From: Candidatus Eremiobacteria bacterium
GTDB taxonomy: Bacteria > Vulcanimicrobiota > Vulcanimicrobiia > Vulcanimicrobiales > Vulcanimicrobiaceae
Assembly: GCA_963758295.1 (NCBI GenBank)
Contig: CAVWUU010000004.1
Location: 416,001 to 480,000, forward strand
DNA: 64,000 nucleotides
Direction: 5' to 3'
The notes under the pieces were generated by a model. The model saw only the letters and a list, made by a program, of their open reading frames with translations. It ran no database searches and had not been told where the DNA came from. This document shows positions 25,034 through 34,104 of the stretch, in pieces (position 1 is the first letter of the stretch; every line of letters starts with the position of its first letter). Position numbers and translations under genes: made by a program.

Positions 25034-25430
25034 TTACACGCGGCGCCGTTTCGGCGGGCGGCAGCCATTGTGGGGAATGGGCGTAACATCTTTGATCATC
25101 GTGATCTCGAGGCCGGCGGCTTGCAGCGAACGAATTGCCGCTTCGCGTCCCGCGCCTGGACCTTTGACCATCACTTCCGTGGATTTCATGCCGTGGTCGA
25201 TCGCCTTACGCGCGGCCGACTCGGCAGCCATTTGCGCGGCAAACGGCGTCGACTTCTTCGAACCCTTGAAGCCGAGATTACCGGCCGAGGCCCACGAAAC
25301 GACGTTGCCGTGCGGATCGCGAGATCGTGACGATGGTGTTGTTGAACGACGCATGAACGTGCGTCACGCCCGATTGGACGTTTTTAACCTCACGCTTTTT
25401 GCGCGACTTGGTTTGCTTTTTGGCAGCCAA
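25034..25430 (-). CDS. rpsK: 30S ribosomal protein S11 (one extra base at ~25320, probably sequencing error)
   Basis: TTG start gives MAAKKQ...[14 protein letters not shown]; after one extra base it continues [13 protein letters not shown]...[18 protein letters not shown]. Confidence 0.95.
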
Positions 25431-25624
25431 CAGAAAACTCCGATGCTCTGTTTATCCTGTCCCCGAACGACGGGGTGTCGTCGCCTCGACCAGCGTTCCG
25501 CAGGAGCGGAAACCCGATCTTTGCTCCCGATGCCCGGCGAAAGCATCGGTCTTCGGACCCTAAGGCCCGAAGGGCATAAAGCCGCGTGCGCCGCCTGAAG
25601 AGAGAGGCGCGGCGCCAAGCTGAT

Positions 25625-25653
25625 ACTCTACCTTAACCCCCGCTCCCGGTCAA
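25625..25653 (-). promoter_or_regulatory. sigma70-type promoter for rpsK-rpsD-rpoA-rplQ
   Basis: TTGACC-17 nt-TAGAGT, ~190 nt upstream of rpsK. Confidence 0.75.
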
Positions 25654-25923
25654 GTGACGTAGTCGCCCTTGCCCTGCTTAGGAGCAGCCTCCCGGGAGTG
25701 TGGAAGCTTGCGCGCCGAAGCGAGGCGGCGATTGCCGGCTCCCGGACGAGTTCCATGCAAGCGACGTGGTCGCCCGCCAGCGTCATCGTGAGCAGCGGCG
25801 CGTGCCGCGTAGTCGAAGGAGAGGCGCATCCCGGCTCCTGCTCGATCTATCCGCCGCTGCACAACGCGCCTATTGCGTCAGCAACACCGGAACAGTTGCT
25901 CGATCCACTTTCCTTCTTGGAGC

Positions 25924-26463
25924 TCACGCGTCATAGAAGGTCTTCGGTGCCACCCATCCATCCTGCGCAATCGAGGCAATCCAGCTTCGTAGAGCCGCAC
26001 GCAGCAACTGAAAGGTCAATAGCAGGCATACTAAGCCGAACGATACTTCCGTTAACACGCAGATTGTCCAAACAAAGCTACGCGCGTCGTTTTGCGGCTG
26101 GCTCGCAATCATCAGGAGCATCAGTGCGCCGAACGTAAGCGCGCTCAATGCAAAGGCGGGCGCGGCAATGATCTTTTTGGCGGGCGCCATACGGACTGCA
26201 AAGTTGTATATGGTAACGGTAAGCCAGCCGATGGAGAAAATGAATGCTCCCAGCACCCATACAAAACGCTCCCCGGCGGAAGCGACGATCGCTGGCCATA
26301 GAAACATTGTCAAGTAGGCCAGCACAGCGCATGCCCAGCGCACGGAATTCGGCCATCCCAACGCTTTTCGTAAGAGAATACTCGGCTTACGGCTTGGCCA
26401 GCCTTCTTCGAAAAGCTGCACGATCGACCGGTTCGCGGGCGGCGCATTGGAGTCGACGCCCAT
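25924..26463 (-). CDS. Hypothetical membrane protein
   Basis: Four hydrophobic segments; no family recognised; start uncertain. Confidence 0.5.
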   Translation of the reverse strand: MGVDSNAPPANRSIVQLFEEGWPSRKPSILLRKALGWPNSVRWACAVLAYLTMFLWPAIVASAGERFVWVLGAFIFSIGWLTVTIYNFAVRMAPAKKIIAAPAFALSALTFGALMLLMIASQPQNDARSFVWTICVLTEVSFGLVCLLLTFQLLRAALRSWIASIAQDGWVAPKTFYDA

Positions 26464-26620
26464 GTGACGCGAGCTGCGCGACGCGCTATTATCGCGCAAT
26501 GTGAACTCTTTGGGAATCCAGTGTTCGCACCACGCGCTGCCTCCGTACCCAAGCCGCTTACGGTTTTTCTTGCGGCTGTTTTAGCCGCTAATTCAAAAGC
26601 GAGATTATTATATGCGCCTG

Positions 26621-26644
26621 CCCTTCGACAATCTCAGGGTGACG
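26621..26644 (-). repeat. REP-like repeat copy
   Basis: CCCTTCGACAATCTCAGGGTGACG, preceded by ATGCGCCTG as in the 52805 copy. Confidence 0.8.
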
Positions 26645-26650
26645 GAGTTT

Positions 26651-27622
26651 CTAAAGTTGCGTGTGGAAGTCGAGTTTGAGGACGCCGAATGCGAGCCGGA
26701 GATTGTCGGGCGGAGGAACGCGCTCGATGCAGCGACAGCTTTGAATGTTGAAATTCGTGTAGCTGAACGTGATGTTCTTCGAAAAGACTTTCGTGACGCC
26801 CCAAATGATGCCGCGATAGGCTTCGGGCACGGCGGAATCATGATAGAGCACGGGGAGATTGATGTACGTAATCGTCGGGATGAGCGTCGTCGAATACAGC
26901 AACGGAATCTTCGCGGTAATCGAATACGGGAAGAGCGTTTGCGTTCCAACCCACGCGGGCAGTCCGCCTAAGGCCGCGCCGGGCGGCGGAAGGTCGGGAC
27001 GCGGCACGTACTTGATGTCGCCGGTTACATTGAAGATTCGGCCGATACGCGAATTCGGACCGAAGTCCCACGATCCGCCAATCGTATAGCCGTGTTCGTC
27101 GATCGAAAGCGGATTCGGTTGTTGCTGGCCGGTTACGGTGTCCGGGCAGTCCTTTTGATTCAAACAAAGGCCCGTTACGTCTTGGCGTTGATGGCTGAAG
27201 TACGTGGCGTGCACGCTGAATCCGCCGCCGACTACGTGGCTCAACGCAATCGTGTCCGTGTAGTCGTACAAAGAGCCGGAAACGAACGAGGTGAGCGGCG
27301 CGAGCGTTAAAATCCGTCCGAGCGCATAAGCGACGTTGCCGTGCGAAAGGGATAAATGCGTCTTCTCATCGAGTTTGATGTCGATGCCATAGTCCACGCG
27401 CACGTCGTTCGGCACGGGATGATCGTGCGTATATCCGAGTCCTATGTAACCGGGCGGCGGTGGCGCGTTGACATCCCCGTTCGTTCCCATGAGATAAACG
27501 GGCGCGACGCTGACGGTAATGCGCTTGAGGACGTCGTCGGCGCGCGCGGTTTGCGTGTTTTGTATCAACAGCGACAAAACGGCCGTAATGACTGCCGAAA
27601 TACGCAAAAATCGTCGAAGCAT
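26651..27622 (-). CDS. Secreted protein, possible outer-membrane beta-barrel
   Basis: GGAGGT RBS, signal peptide ending ARA, alternating beta-strand patterns. Confidence 0.7.
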   Translation of the reverse strand: MLRRFLRISAVITAVLSLLIQNTQTARADDVLKRITVSVAPVYLMGTNGDVNAPPPPGYIGLGYTHDHPVPNDVRVDYGIDIKLDEKTHLSLSHGNVAYALGRILTLAPLTSFVSGSLYDYTDTIALSHVVGGGFSVHATYFSHQRQDVTGLCLNQKDCPDTVTGQQQPNPLSIDEHGYTIGGSWDFGPNSRIGRIFNVTGDIKYVPRPDLPPPGAALGGLPAWVGTQTLFPYSITAKIPLLYSTTLIPTITYINLPVLYHDSAVPEAYRGIIWGVTKVFSKNITFSYTNFNIQSCRCIERVPPPDNLRLAFGVLKLDFHTQL

Positions 27623-27735
27623 GGCGGCACCTCCGCAGCTTGATGATAACGCGGACGAGCGGTGTTCCCAATCGTACAAACTGCTGAGTTAGCCAAGCGG
27701 CGGAAGGCTAGGTGTTCCGTCCAAGCGGCATAGAG

Positions 27736-27766
27736 AAAACGGGCCCGGCAGAAGCCGGGCCCGTTT
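27736..27766. terminator. Intrinsic terminator
   Basis: AAACGGGCCCGGC-AGAA-GCCGGGCCCGTTT. Confidence 0.8.
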
Positions 27767-27787
27767 GCCGTTTAGCCAAGTTCCCGA

Positions 27788-29086
27788 TTAGAACTTGATG
27801 CCGATGCCCGCGTACGGGCCGTTGTGCGAGAAGTCGCTGGGCGCGTTGGTTTTGTTTTTGCCATTGTCGCCCATCCAGCCGAGGTCGAGGAAGACCGGGC
27901 TCTTACCGAACGCCACGGTGGCGCCGATTTGGTACTTCAAGATGTTGTACGCGAGTTGGTATCCGACGCCCGTGCCGGGATCCGTGTAGTTACCCTTCAC
28001 GTTCGGATAGTAGAACGCACTACCATAGAGCGAGAACGACTGGTTGAGGTCGGGCAGTTTTTCTGCACCGAAGCCAAAGCCGTTCTGCTTCGGATAGCCG
28101 TAGTTATTCGTACGCCACAGATATCCGACACCGATGTAGATGCGCGGATCGGCAACTTTCAGGCCGAAGCGTGCATCGACGTCTTGATCGCGCGCGGTGA
28201 ACGCCGGAACGAACGTCTGTCCCGTTTGACCGATGGTCGTCACGTTACAGCCGAGGTCGCCGAGGCCGGCGCAATTGTGCGGATACTGGAAGCGTTCGAA
28301 GTTGCCGGCAAGCATCCAGGGCAGGTTGAACGCATCGAACTCGATAGCGCCGCGAATCGAATACGAGTTGGTGCCCTTATTACCGGGGCTGAACTCGTTG
28401 TACACCTTCGGTGAGAAGATGTAATCGCCGGCGACAAAGATGTCCTTATACGGCGTCGCCGCAGGAGCCGGGGTCGGCGTGGGTGCGGTGGTCGGCGCAG
28501 TCGTCGGCGCTTCGGTCGGAGCCGGAGCGGGCGGCGGCGGCGTCGCGGTCACGTAACGCACGACAACGACTTGCTTGTCGGGAACCCATTGGACGTACGC
28601 GCCCATGCCTTCCGAAATTACGCGAACCGGCACGAGGACGTTGCCCTGGTACATGATCGGCGCGACGTCCAAAGGACGCGATTCACCGTTGATGACCACT
28701 TCCGGCTTTCCGACAGTAACCTTTACTTCGGAACCCGGCTTGCTGACGGTGACCGTTTTACTTCCCGCATCGAAAGAAACCGATGCGCCCATTTGTTCGA
28801 ACATCGAACGCAACGGGATGAGAACGGTGCCGCCCTTCACGAGCGCAGCGAGAACGCGACCTTGCTTCAGAGTGTCGGGTTTGCTGTAAACGTGATGGTC
28901 GTTGAAAAGAATCGGGATTTGGCCTGACGGCGGAGTTCCGAAGTTCGCCGCCGGGGCAGAACCCGCTTGCGCAACCACAGCTTGTCCATTGTTGCTCTGT
29001 GCTTGCGTTGTCGGAGCTGCCACCGCGGTGAGCCCGCACGACGCTGCGATCAGCGTCGCCAGGACTCCGGTGCTCAGTCGTTTCAC
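27788..29086 (-). CDS. Copper amine oxidase N-terminal (stalk) domain protein with C-terminal beta-barrel-like region
   Basis: VLIPLRSMFEQMGASV, VLVPVRVISEGMGA; Pro/Thr linker; ends YAGIGIKF. Confidence 0.85.
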   Translation of the reverse strand: MKRLSTGVLATLIAASCGLTAVAAPTTQAQSNNGQAVVAQAGSAPAANFGTPPSGQIPILFNDHHVYSKPDTLKQGRVLAALVKGGTVLIPLRSMFEQMGASVSFDAGSKTVTVSKPGSEVKVTVGKPEVVINGESRPLDVAPIMYQGNVLVPVRVISEGMGAYVQWVPDKQVVVVRYVTATPPPPAPAPTEAPTTAPTTAPTPTPAPAATPYKDIFVAGDYIFSPKVYNEFSPGNKGTNSYSIRGAIEFDAFNLPWMLAGNFERFQYPHNCAGLGDLGCNVTTIGQTGQTFVPAFTARDQDVDARFGLKVADPRIYIGVGYLWRTNNYGYPKQNGFGFGAEKLPDLNQSFSLYGSAFYYPNVKGNYTDPGTGVGYQLAYNILKYQIGATVAFGKSPVFLDLGWMGDNGKNKTNAPSDFSHNGPYAGIGIKF

Positions 29087-29196
29087 AAAAGCCTCCTAGT
29101 TATATTTGCTTATCTGCGGAGCGAGTGTTCAACCCGTTCCTTGATTCATAACGCGTTGGGCGCCTGAATGGTTCCCATGCGACTGAACCAATGGGC

Positions 29197-30411
29197 TTAT
29201 TTCCCCGGTGAATTACCGGGTAAACGCCAAATCCAAGCGATTCCTATCAGGATTTCCACAGAAGCGACAAGAAATGCGATACGCGGGCCGACTGTTGTCG
29301 CAAGTGCGCCAAAACGCGCAAGAATAGCAGTCGCAATAACAGGCGCAATCATTTGCGGCCCGACAACAGCGAGATTCCAAATACCCATCGTCGTTGCAAG
29401 TGCGTCCGGCGGCAATAGCCGGCACGCAAATGCCCAATCAGCACACAAGAAAATGCCCCAACCGACGCCTGCGAAAAGAATTGCTACGGGCATGCCGGCA
29501 ATTACGTGTAACGACGCGAGAGCTAACGACGCTGCTGCTACAATACCGCCGCCGATCGTTACGACGAGCCGTTCGTCCAAACGATCCGACGGCTTCGCAG
29601 CGGCGGCGGCGCCTGCCGTTCCAACGAGCGTAAATAATAAAATGGCAATGCCCGTAATTGTCGTCGCATCGACGTGCATCGATGGCGAGAGCGCATTGCG
29701 AACGTAGAAAAACAAATACCCGAGGATCGTATAGAAGCCGACGTAGACGAAGGCGCGCGACACGAAGAGATCCCCTAACGTACGAGTCACGGCGATCGTT
29801 CGCTCTTGCGTCGGCGCTCGAAGCGGCAGCGCCCGCACGTGTATCACGGTGATGGCGCACGTACCGAGTAACGCAATGCCGATAGCCACACCCAGCGCCA
29901 TGCGGCTTCCGAGAATCGTTGCAATCAGCGCGCCGGCAGCGTTTCCGGCGCTTTGCATTGCAGCCATCCAGGCCGAAGCGCCGCCGAGCCGGGAACTCTC
30001 GACGGTGTCCGGAAGAATCGCCTGATACGGTCCGATTGCAAGATTCAGTGCGAATTGCAATGCGATAAATGTTGCCAGCAATTGCAGCGGCGTCGCCGCG
30101 AGGTAAAACGCCACGATGGCCGCGGCGCCACCCAGTGCACCGGCGACGTAGAAACCGCAGCGATTGTTCCCACGCCGCCGAAGCGTGTCGGACCAAATCC
30201 CGATAGGAATCTGCGTAACCGCCGCGGTTAGCGCTCCTAGCGCGGAAATTTCACCATAGGTTGCGAGCGAAGCGGGACCGGCAAGTTGCACGCAGCGCGC
30301 CTGCAACGAAATGCCAAGCACTGCACCCCACACGAGTTGGATGCCGAACCAGTACGCCGCAAGTTTGGGCGCAGCCGCGTTACCAGTGCGTGCGCGCGTA
30401 CCGGTACTCAT
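29197..30411 (-). CDS. MFS transporter
   Basis: ~12 TM segments, GIWSD..RR and SDRL motifs, PYQAILPD. Confidence 0.88.
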   Translation of the reverse strand: MSTGTRARTGNAAAPKLAAYWFGIQLVWGAVLGISLQARCVQLAGPASLATYGEISALGALTAAVTQIPIGIWSDTLRRRGNNRCGFYVAGALGGAAAIVAFYLAATPLQLLATFIALQFALNLAIGPYQAILPDTVESSRLGGASAWMAAMQSAGNAAGALIATILGSRMALGVAIGIALLGTCAITVIHVRALPLRAPTQERTIAVTRTLGDLFVSRAFVYVGFYTILGYLFFYVRNALSPSMHVDATTITGIAILLFTLVGTAGAAAAAKPSDRLDERLVVTIGGGIVAAASLALASLHVIAGMPVAILFAGVGWGIFLCADWAFACRLLPPDALATTMGIWNLAVVGPQMIAPVIATAILARFGALATTVGPRIAFLVASVEILIGIAWIWRLPGNSPGK

Positions 30412-31114
30412 CTACCGAGTCGGCATCGTATCCCAGCTCGGGTGCAGCCTCGCGTATCGCGACAGCGGGCGTTCCGAGCACCACACGTGCGCGCCGTTCC
30501 ACGTCCTCAACGGTAAGACGCCCGATTGCGAATCGCGCGAGAAGCGCCGGACCGGCCAGTGATGCCATCTTCCATGGGGCTTTCCGCGCATCGAAGAATG
30601 CGGAGGCCACGGTGGATACCCGTTCTACCGCGCCGGGCGGAATGTGAAAGATACCGCCGTTCACGACGCGTTCACCGGCCAGCGTAATACCGCATGGCGG
30701 CGCATCCGGAAATCGCGTCGTGAAGGCTTCGTAGCTACTGAGCGGCATCGAAACCGCATCCGCCGGCGATCGTACGATGAAGTCCGTCAATGCGGGCGCA
30801 CTCAAATACGGCATGTCGCTGGTGAGGTATACCAGCGATTCGCCGTCTTCGGGCCATGCACGCAACGCACGCAGGACGTTTTGCGCGCCGGTCGGCGCAC
30901 CGTCGATGATCGCGTCAACGCGACCATTTACCGCCTCCCGCACCAACGGCTCCGCGATCACCGCAATCCGGGTTATGTTGCATTCGCGCAAGACATCGAT
31001 CGTGCGCTGCAGCATCGTGGCACCGCGTATTTCGGCAAGGGCTTTGATCGGCGTGCCCGCTTCTGCCGCGTAGGCTCCGTCGATGCGGCCGCCGGTAGTA
31101 ATAACGGCTTTCAT
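30380..31114 (-). CDS. MobA-like NTP transferase/nucleotidyltransferase
   Basis: MKAVITTGG...IKAL, TSDMP, D.DS. Confidence 0.8.
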   Translation of the reverse strand: MKAVITTGGRIDGAYAAEAGTPIKALAEIRGATMLQRTIDVLRECNITRIAVIAEPLVREAVNGRVDAIIDGAPTGAQNVLRALRAWPEDGESLVYLTSDMPYLSAPALTDFIVRSPADAVSMPLSSYEAFTTRFPDAPPCGITLAGERVVNGGIFHIPPGAVERVSTVASAFFDARKAPWKMASLAGPALLARFAIGRLTVEDVERRARVVLGTPAVAIREAAPELGYDADSVDEYRYARTHW

Positions 31115-31986
31115 TGCTCCTCACCCGGCGCCGGAAATCCCGGAAACATCGCCTGTTCCGGATTACCGCCTTCGCCTCGTGCAACGTAGGCTTCTGCCGC
31201 TTCTCCATAGCGGTCGTTCAAGAGTTCCTCCAGCATCTGCGCGTTTTGCGCGGCCTTGCCACCCGCATGGTTATTGAAGAAGACGTACGTTTCCTCAACC
31301 TGCGCATCGATTTCGGCAATACGATCGGACCATGGTTCCAATTCCGGAGCGCTGTAATCGTACTGGTAGCGCGTAGCGTTCGTACCGGTCCACCATTGCT
31401 TGCTGTTGCGTCCGTGCAGCCGCACGTAGCCTACGGCACTCGTTGCATCGGACGCCGAATGCGGAAGCTCCTCGAAAGAAGGCATGTCGACGTTGCAGAA
31501 GCCCACGTTCAGTTCACGCAACAGCCGCAGCGTCTCGGCCGTCTGCCATGCGCGGTGACGAAACTCCACGACGACCGGAATGTCTTCGAACGCGCCGGCC
31601 ACGCGAACCAAGTAGTTGCGATTGCGTTCATCCGGTTTGAAACCGTTGGGAAATTGTGCCAGGACGCACGCAAGTTTGCCCGATGCTCGTAGCGGCTCCA
31701 GCGCTTCGCACAGGAGCGCAGCATCGGGATGCACGGGGGCAGCGCTGTCGGGCGCATGGGTCACCGTTTGCGGGGCTTTGAAACTGAACCGGAATTCTGC
31801 CGGCGTGCGACGGTCCATCGCGGCCACCGCTCGCGGCTGCGGCACGCCATAATAGCTCATGTCGATCTCGACGGCCGGAAACTGCCGTGAGTAGAACGGC
31901 AGCATCTCCTCGGAGCGCGTGCGGGGCGGATAAAACGGCCCGATCCAGTCCTTGTAAGCGAACCCGCACGTCCCGACGTAGATCAC
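31111..31986 (-). CDS. DUF72 (YecE/YunF) family protein
   Basis: YVGTCGFAYKDWIGPFYP, VEFRH, YVRLHGRN, FFNNH. Confidence 0.93.
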   Translation of the reverse strand: MIYVGTCGFAYKDWIGPFYPPRTRSEEMLPFYSRQFPAVEIDMSYYGVPQPRAVAAMDRRTPAEFRFSFKAPQTVTHAPDSAAPVHPDAALLCEALEPLRASGKLACVLAQFPNGFKPDERNRNYLVRVAGAFEDIPVVVEFRHRAWQTAETLRLLRELNVGFCNVDMPSFEELPHSASDATSAVGYVRLHGRNSKQWWTGTNATRYQYDYSAPELEPWSDRIAEIDAQVEETYVFFNNHAGGKAAQNAQMLEELLNDRYGEAAEAYVARGEGGNPEQAMFPGFPAPGEEQ

Positions 31987-32068
31987 GCGTCGGGCTTCGC
32001 GTTTGCTTGGAAGGACTCCGGCCGCTGCCTGCGCGGAGTTCCCAGGACGCGATTACGGAGGAAAATCA

Positions 32069-32536
32069 ATGCCCTCAAACGCTAAAGCGGTCCCCGAAGG
32101 TTACCACAGCGTAACACCTTACCTCATCGTTCGCGGCGGCAACGATGCCATCGACTTTTATACGAAAGTGTTCGGTGCTCGCGAACGTATGCGATTCCCG
32201 GGTGAAAACGGCAAAGTCGGACATAGCGAACTCGAAATCGGCGACTCCGTCATCATGCTCGCCGATGAATCGCCCGAGATGGGCGCGCGCAGTCCGCAAA
32301 CCGTGGGAGGTACTCCCGTTGGTTTAGCAGTCTACGTTCCCGACGTCGACGCGGTCGTCGAGCAAGCCGTAGCGGGCGGCGCAAAATTACGTTCGCCGGT
32401 CGAAGACAAGTTCTACGGCGATCGCAGCGGCACGATCGAAGATCCGTTCGGGCATGTCTGGTACGTTATGACGCACGTCGAAGACGTCTCCCCCGACGAA
32501 ATGGAACGCCGCATGAAATCCGGCGTCAACGCTTAG
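32069..32536 (+). CDS. VOC family (PhnB-like) protein
   Basis: PEGYHSVTPYL, AIDFY..VFGA, FYGDRSG..EDPFGHVW; GGAGG RBS. Confidence 0.92.
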   Translation: MPSNAKAVPEGYHSVTPYLIVRGGNDAIDFYTKVFGARERMRFPGENGKVGHSELEIGDSVIMLADESPEMGARSPQTVGGTPVGLAVYVPDVDAVVEQAVAGGAKLRSPVEDKFYGDRSGTIEDPFGHVWYVMTHVEDVSPDEMERRMKSGVNA

Positions 32537-32551
32537 CTCTCGATGCACAAG

Positions 32552-32583
32552 AAAAAGAGCCCGGCGAAAAGCCGGGCTCTTTT
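32552..32583. terminator. Bidirectional terminator between VOC gene and rpsM
   Basis: AAAAAGAGCCCGGC-GAAAA-GCCGGGCTCTTTT. Confidence 0.85.
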
Positions 32584-32607
32584 GATAAGCGGACGCCGGT
32601 AAAGACG

Positions 32608-32991
32608 TTACTTCTTGGCGACCTTCTTCTTGCCGGCCACCGTGCGTTTGGGACCCTTGCGGGTGCGCGCATTCGTCTTCGTGCGCTGGCCGCGAACCGG
32701 AAGGCCACGGCGATGACGCAGGCCACGGTAGCAGCCGATATCCATCAGGCGCTTGATGTTGCCCTGAACTTCACGACGCAGATCGCCTTCAACGCGGAGT
32801 TGAAGCTGGTCGATGCCGTCGCGGATCTTCTTTTCGTCGTCTTCGGTCATCTCTTTGACGCGAAGGTCCGGAGAAATGCCCGCGCGTTCCAGCAGCTTCT
32901 TCGCCGTTGCCGGTCCGATGCCGTAGATGTACTGCAGAGCGATTTCGATGCGCTTTTCGCGCGGAAGATCGATACCCGAGATACGTGCCAT
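32608..32991 (-). CDS. rpsM: 30S ribosomal protein S13
   Basis: [36 protein letters not shown]. Confidence 0.99.
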   Translation of the reverse strand: MARISGIDLPREKRIEIALQYIYGIGPATAKKLLERAGISPDLRVKEMTEDDEKKIRDGIDQLQLRVEGDLRREVQGNIKRLMDIGCYRGLRHRRGLPVRGQRTKTNARTRKGPKRTVAGKKKVAKK

Positions 32992-33015
32992 TATTATCTT
33001 ATAACTTTCCTTATA

Positions 33016-33036
33016 ATCCTGAGCCTGTCGAAGGAC
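33016..33036 (+). repeat. REP-like repeat copy between rpmJ and rpsM
   Basis: ATCCTGAGCCTGTCGAAGGAC. Confidence 0.8.
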
Positions 33037-33038
33037 GT

Positions 33039-33155
33039 TTAACCCTGGACCTGTTTGTGCTTCGCGTTAACGTCGCAGATCACGCGCACCTTGCCGTGGC
33101 GGCGAATGACTTTGCAGCTTTCGCAGATTTTCTTGACGGAGGGACGTACTTTCAT
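33039..33155 (-). CDS. rpmJ: 50S ribosomal protein L36 (missing from ORF track)
   Basis: Hand translation [38 protein letters not shown]. Confidence 0.98.
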   Translation of the reverse strand: MKVRPSVKKICESCKVIRRHGKVRVICDVNAKHKQVQG

Positions 33156-33175
33156 TTCCTACTTTTCCTCTTTAG

Positions 33176-33225
33176 CCCTGAGCTTGTCGAAGGGTCCTTT
33201 TTAACCCTGAGCCCGTCGAAGGGCG
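33176..33225 (+). repeat. Two direct REP-like copies between map and rpmJ
   Basis: CCCTGAGCTTGTCGAAGGG (33176-33194) and ACCCTGAGCCCGTCGAAGGGCG (33204-33225). Confidence 0.8.
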
Positions 33226-33297
33226 TTAACGTTTTGCACTTACAGGCGTTGCTTCACTAAATAATTCTGCCGGTTCCTAAGCCGCGAACGTCGCGTC

Positions 33298-34101
33298 TTA
33301 AGCTACGGCTTCTTCTTTCGGCCGGTAACGCTCGACGTCCGGATGTTCGCCGAACTTCCGCAGCGTCAAAATCTTCGGGCCGTCGTCCGTAACGGCGATC
33401 GTGTGCTCGAAGTGCGCTGCGAGTTTACCATCTGCCGTGACAACTGTCCAGCCGTCCTTGAGGATTTCGACCCGATAATCGCCTTCAGTGATCATGGGCT
33501 CGATTGCTATGACCAGTCCCGGGCGCAAAATCATGCCCGCTCCCGGCTTCCCGTAGTTGGGAACCTGGGGCTCCTCGTGCATCGCCGTGCCCACCCCATG
33601 TCCGACCAGCTCGCGAACCACGCCGTAGCCGGCAGCTTCGGCGTGCTTTTGGACTGCGGCGCCGATGTCGCCCAGGTGGTTGCCCTTTTGCATCTGCGCG
33701 ATGCCGAACATCAGGGACTCCTGGGTTACTTCCAGCAAGCGGCGGGCATTGGCCGAGATGTTCCCCACCGGCACGGTGACGGCACTGTCGCTCACATAGC
33801 CCTCAAACGTCGTGCCGATGTCGATGGAGAGCAAATCGCCCTCGCGCAATACGTAGTCGCCCGGAATCCCGTGTACGACTTCGTCGTTCACGGAAGCGCA
33901 GATAGAAGCCGGATAGTCGTGGTAACCCTTGAAGGTCGGGATGCCGCCCAGCTCGCGAATGCCCTTTTCGGCCATTTCGTCGAGGTAACGCGTGGTGACG
34001 CCCGGCCGCACGGCCTGCATCAGATCCGTGAGCACCTTCGAGGTGATCTTCCCGCTGCGGCGCATCGTTTCGATTTCGCGCGCAGATTTCAAGGTAACCA
34101 T
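33298..34101 (-). CDS. map: Methionine aminopeptidase type I
   Basis: SVNDEVVHGIP, GHGVG..MHEEP, IEPM, AAHFEHT. Confidence 0.98.
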   Translation of the reverse strand: MVTLKSAREIETMRRSGKITSKVLTDLMQAVRPGVTTRYLDEMAEKGIRELGGIPTFKGYHDYPASICASVNDEVVHGIPGDYVLREGDLLSIDIGTTFEGYVSDSAVTVPVGNISANARRLLEVTQESLMFGIAQMQKGNHLGDIGAAVQKHAEAAGYGVVRELVGHGVGTAMHEEPQVPNYGKPGAGMILRPGLVIAIEPMITEGDYRVEILKDGWTVVTADGKLAAHFEHTIAVTDDGPKILTLRKFGEHPDVERYRPKEEAVA

Positions 34102-34104
34102 AAT

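Noticed and set aside
25315..25325. rpsK frameshift as recoding
   Set aside because: One extra base in TCGCGA with no slippery sequence; S11 is essential and both halves are conserved.
25650..25923. Short ORFs between the membrane gene and the rpsK promoter
   Set aside because: No convincing RBS, motif or consistent frame.
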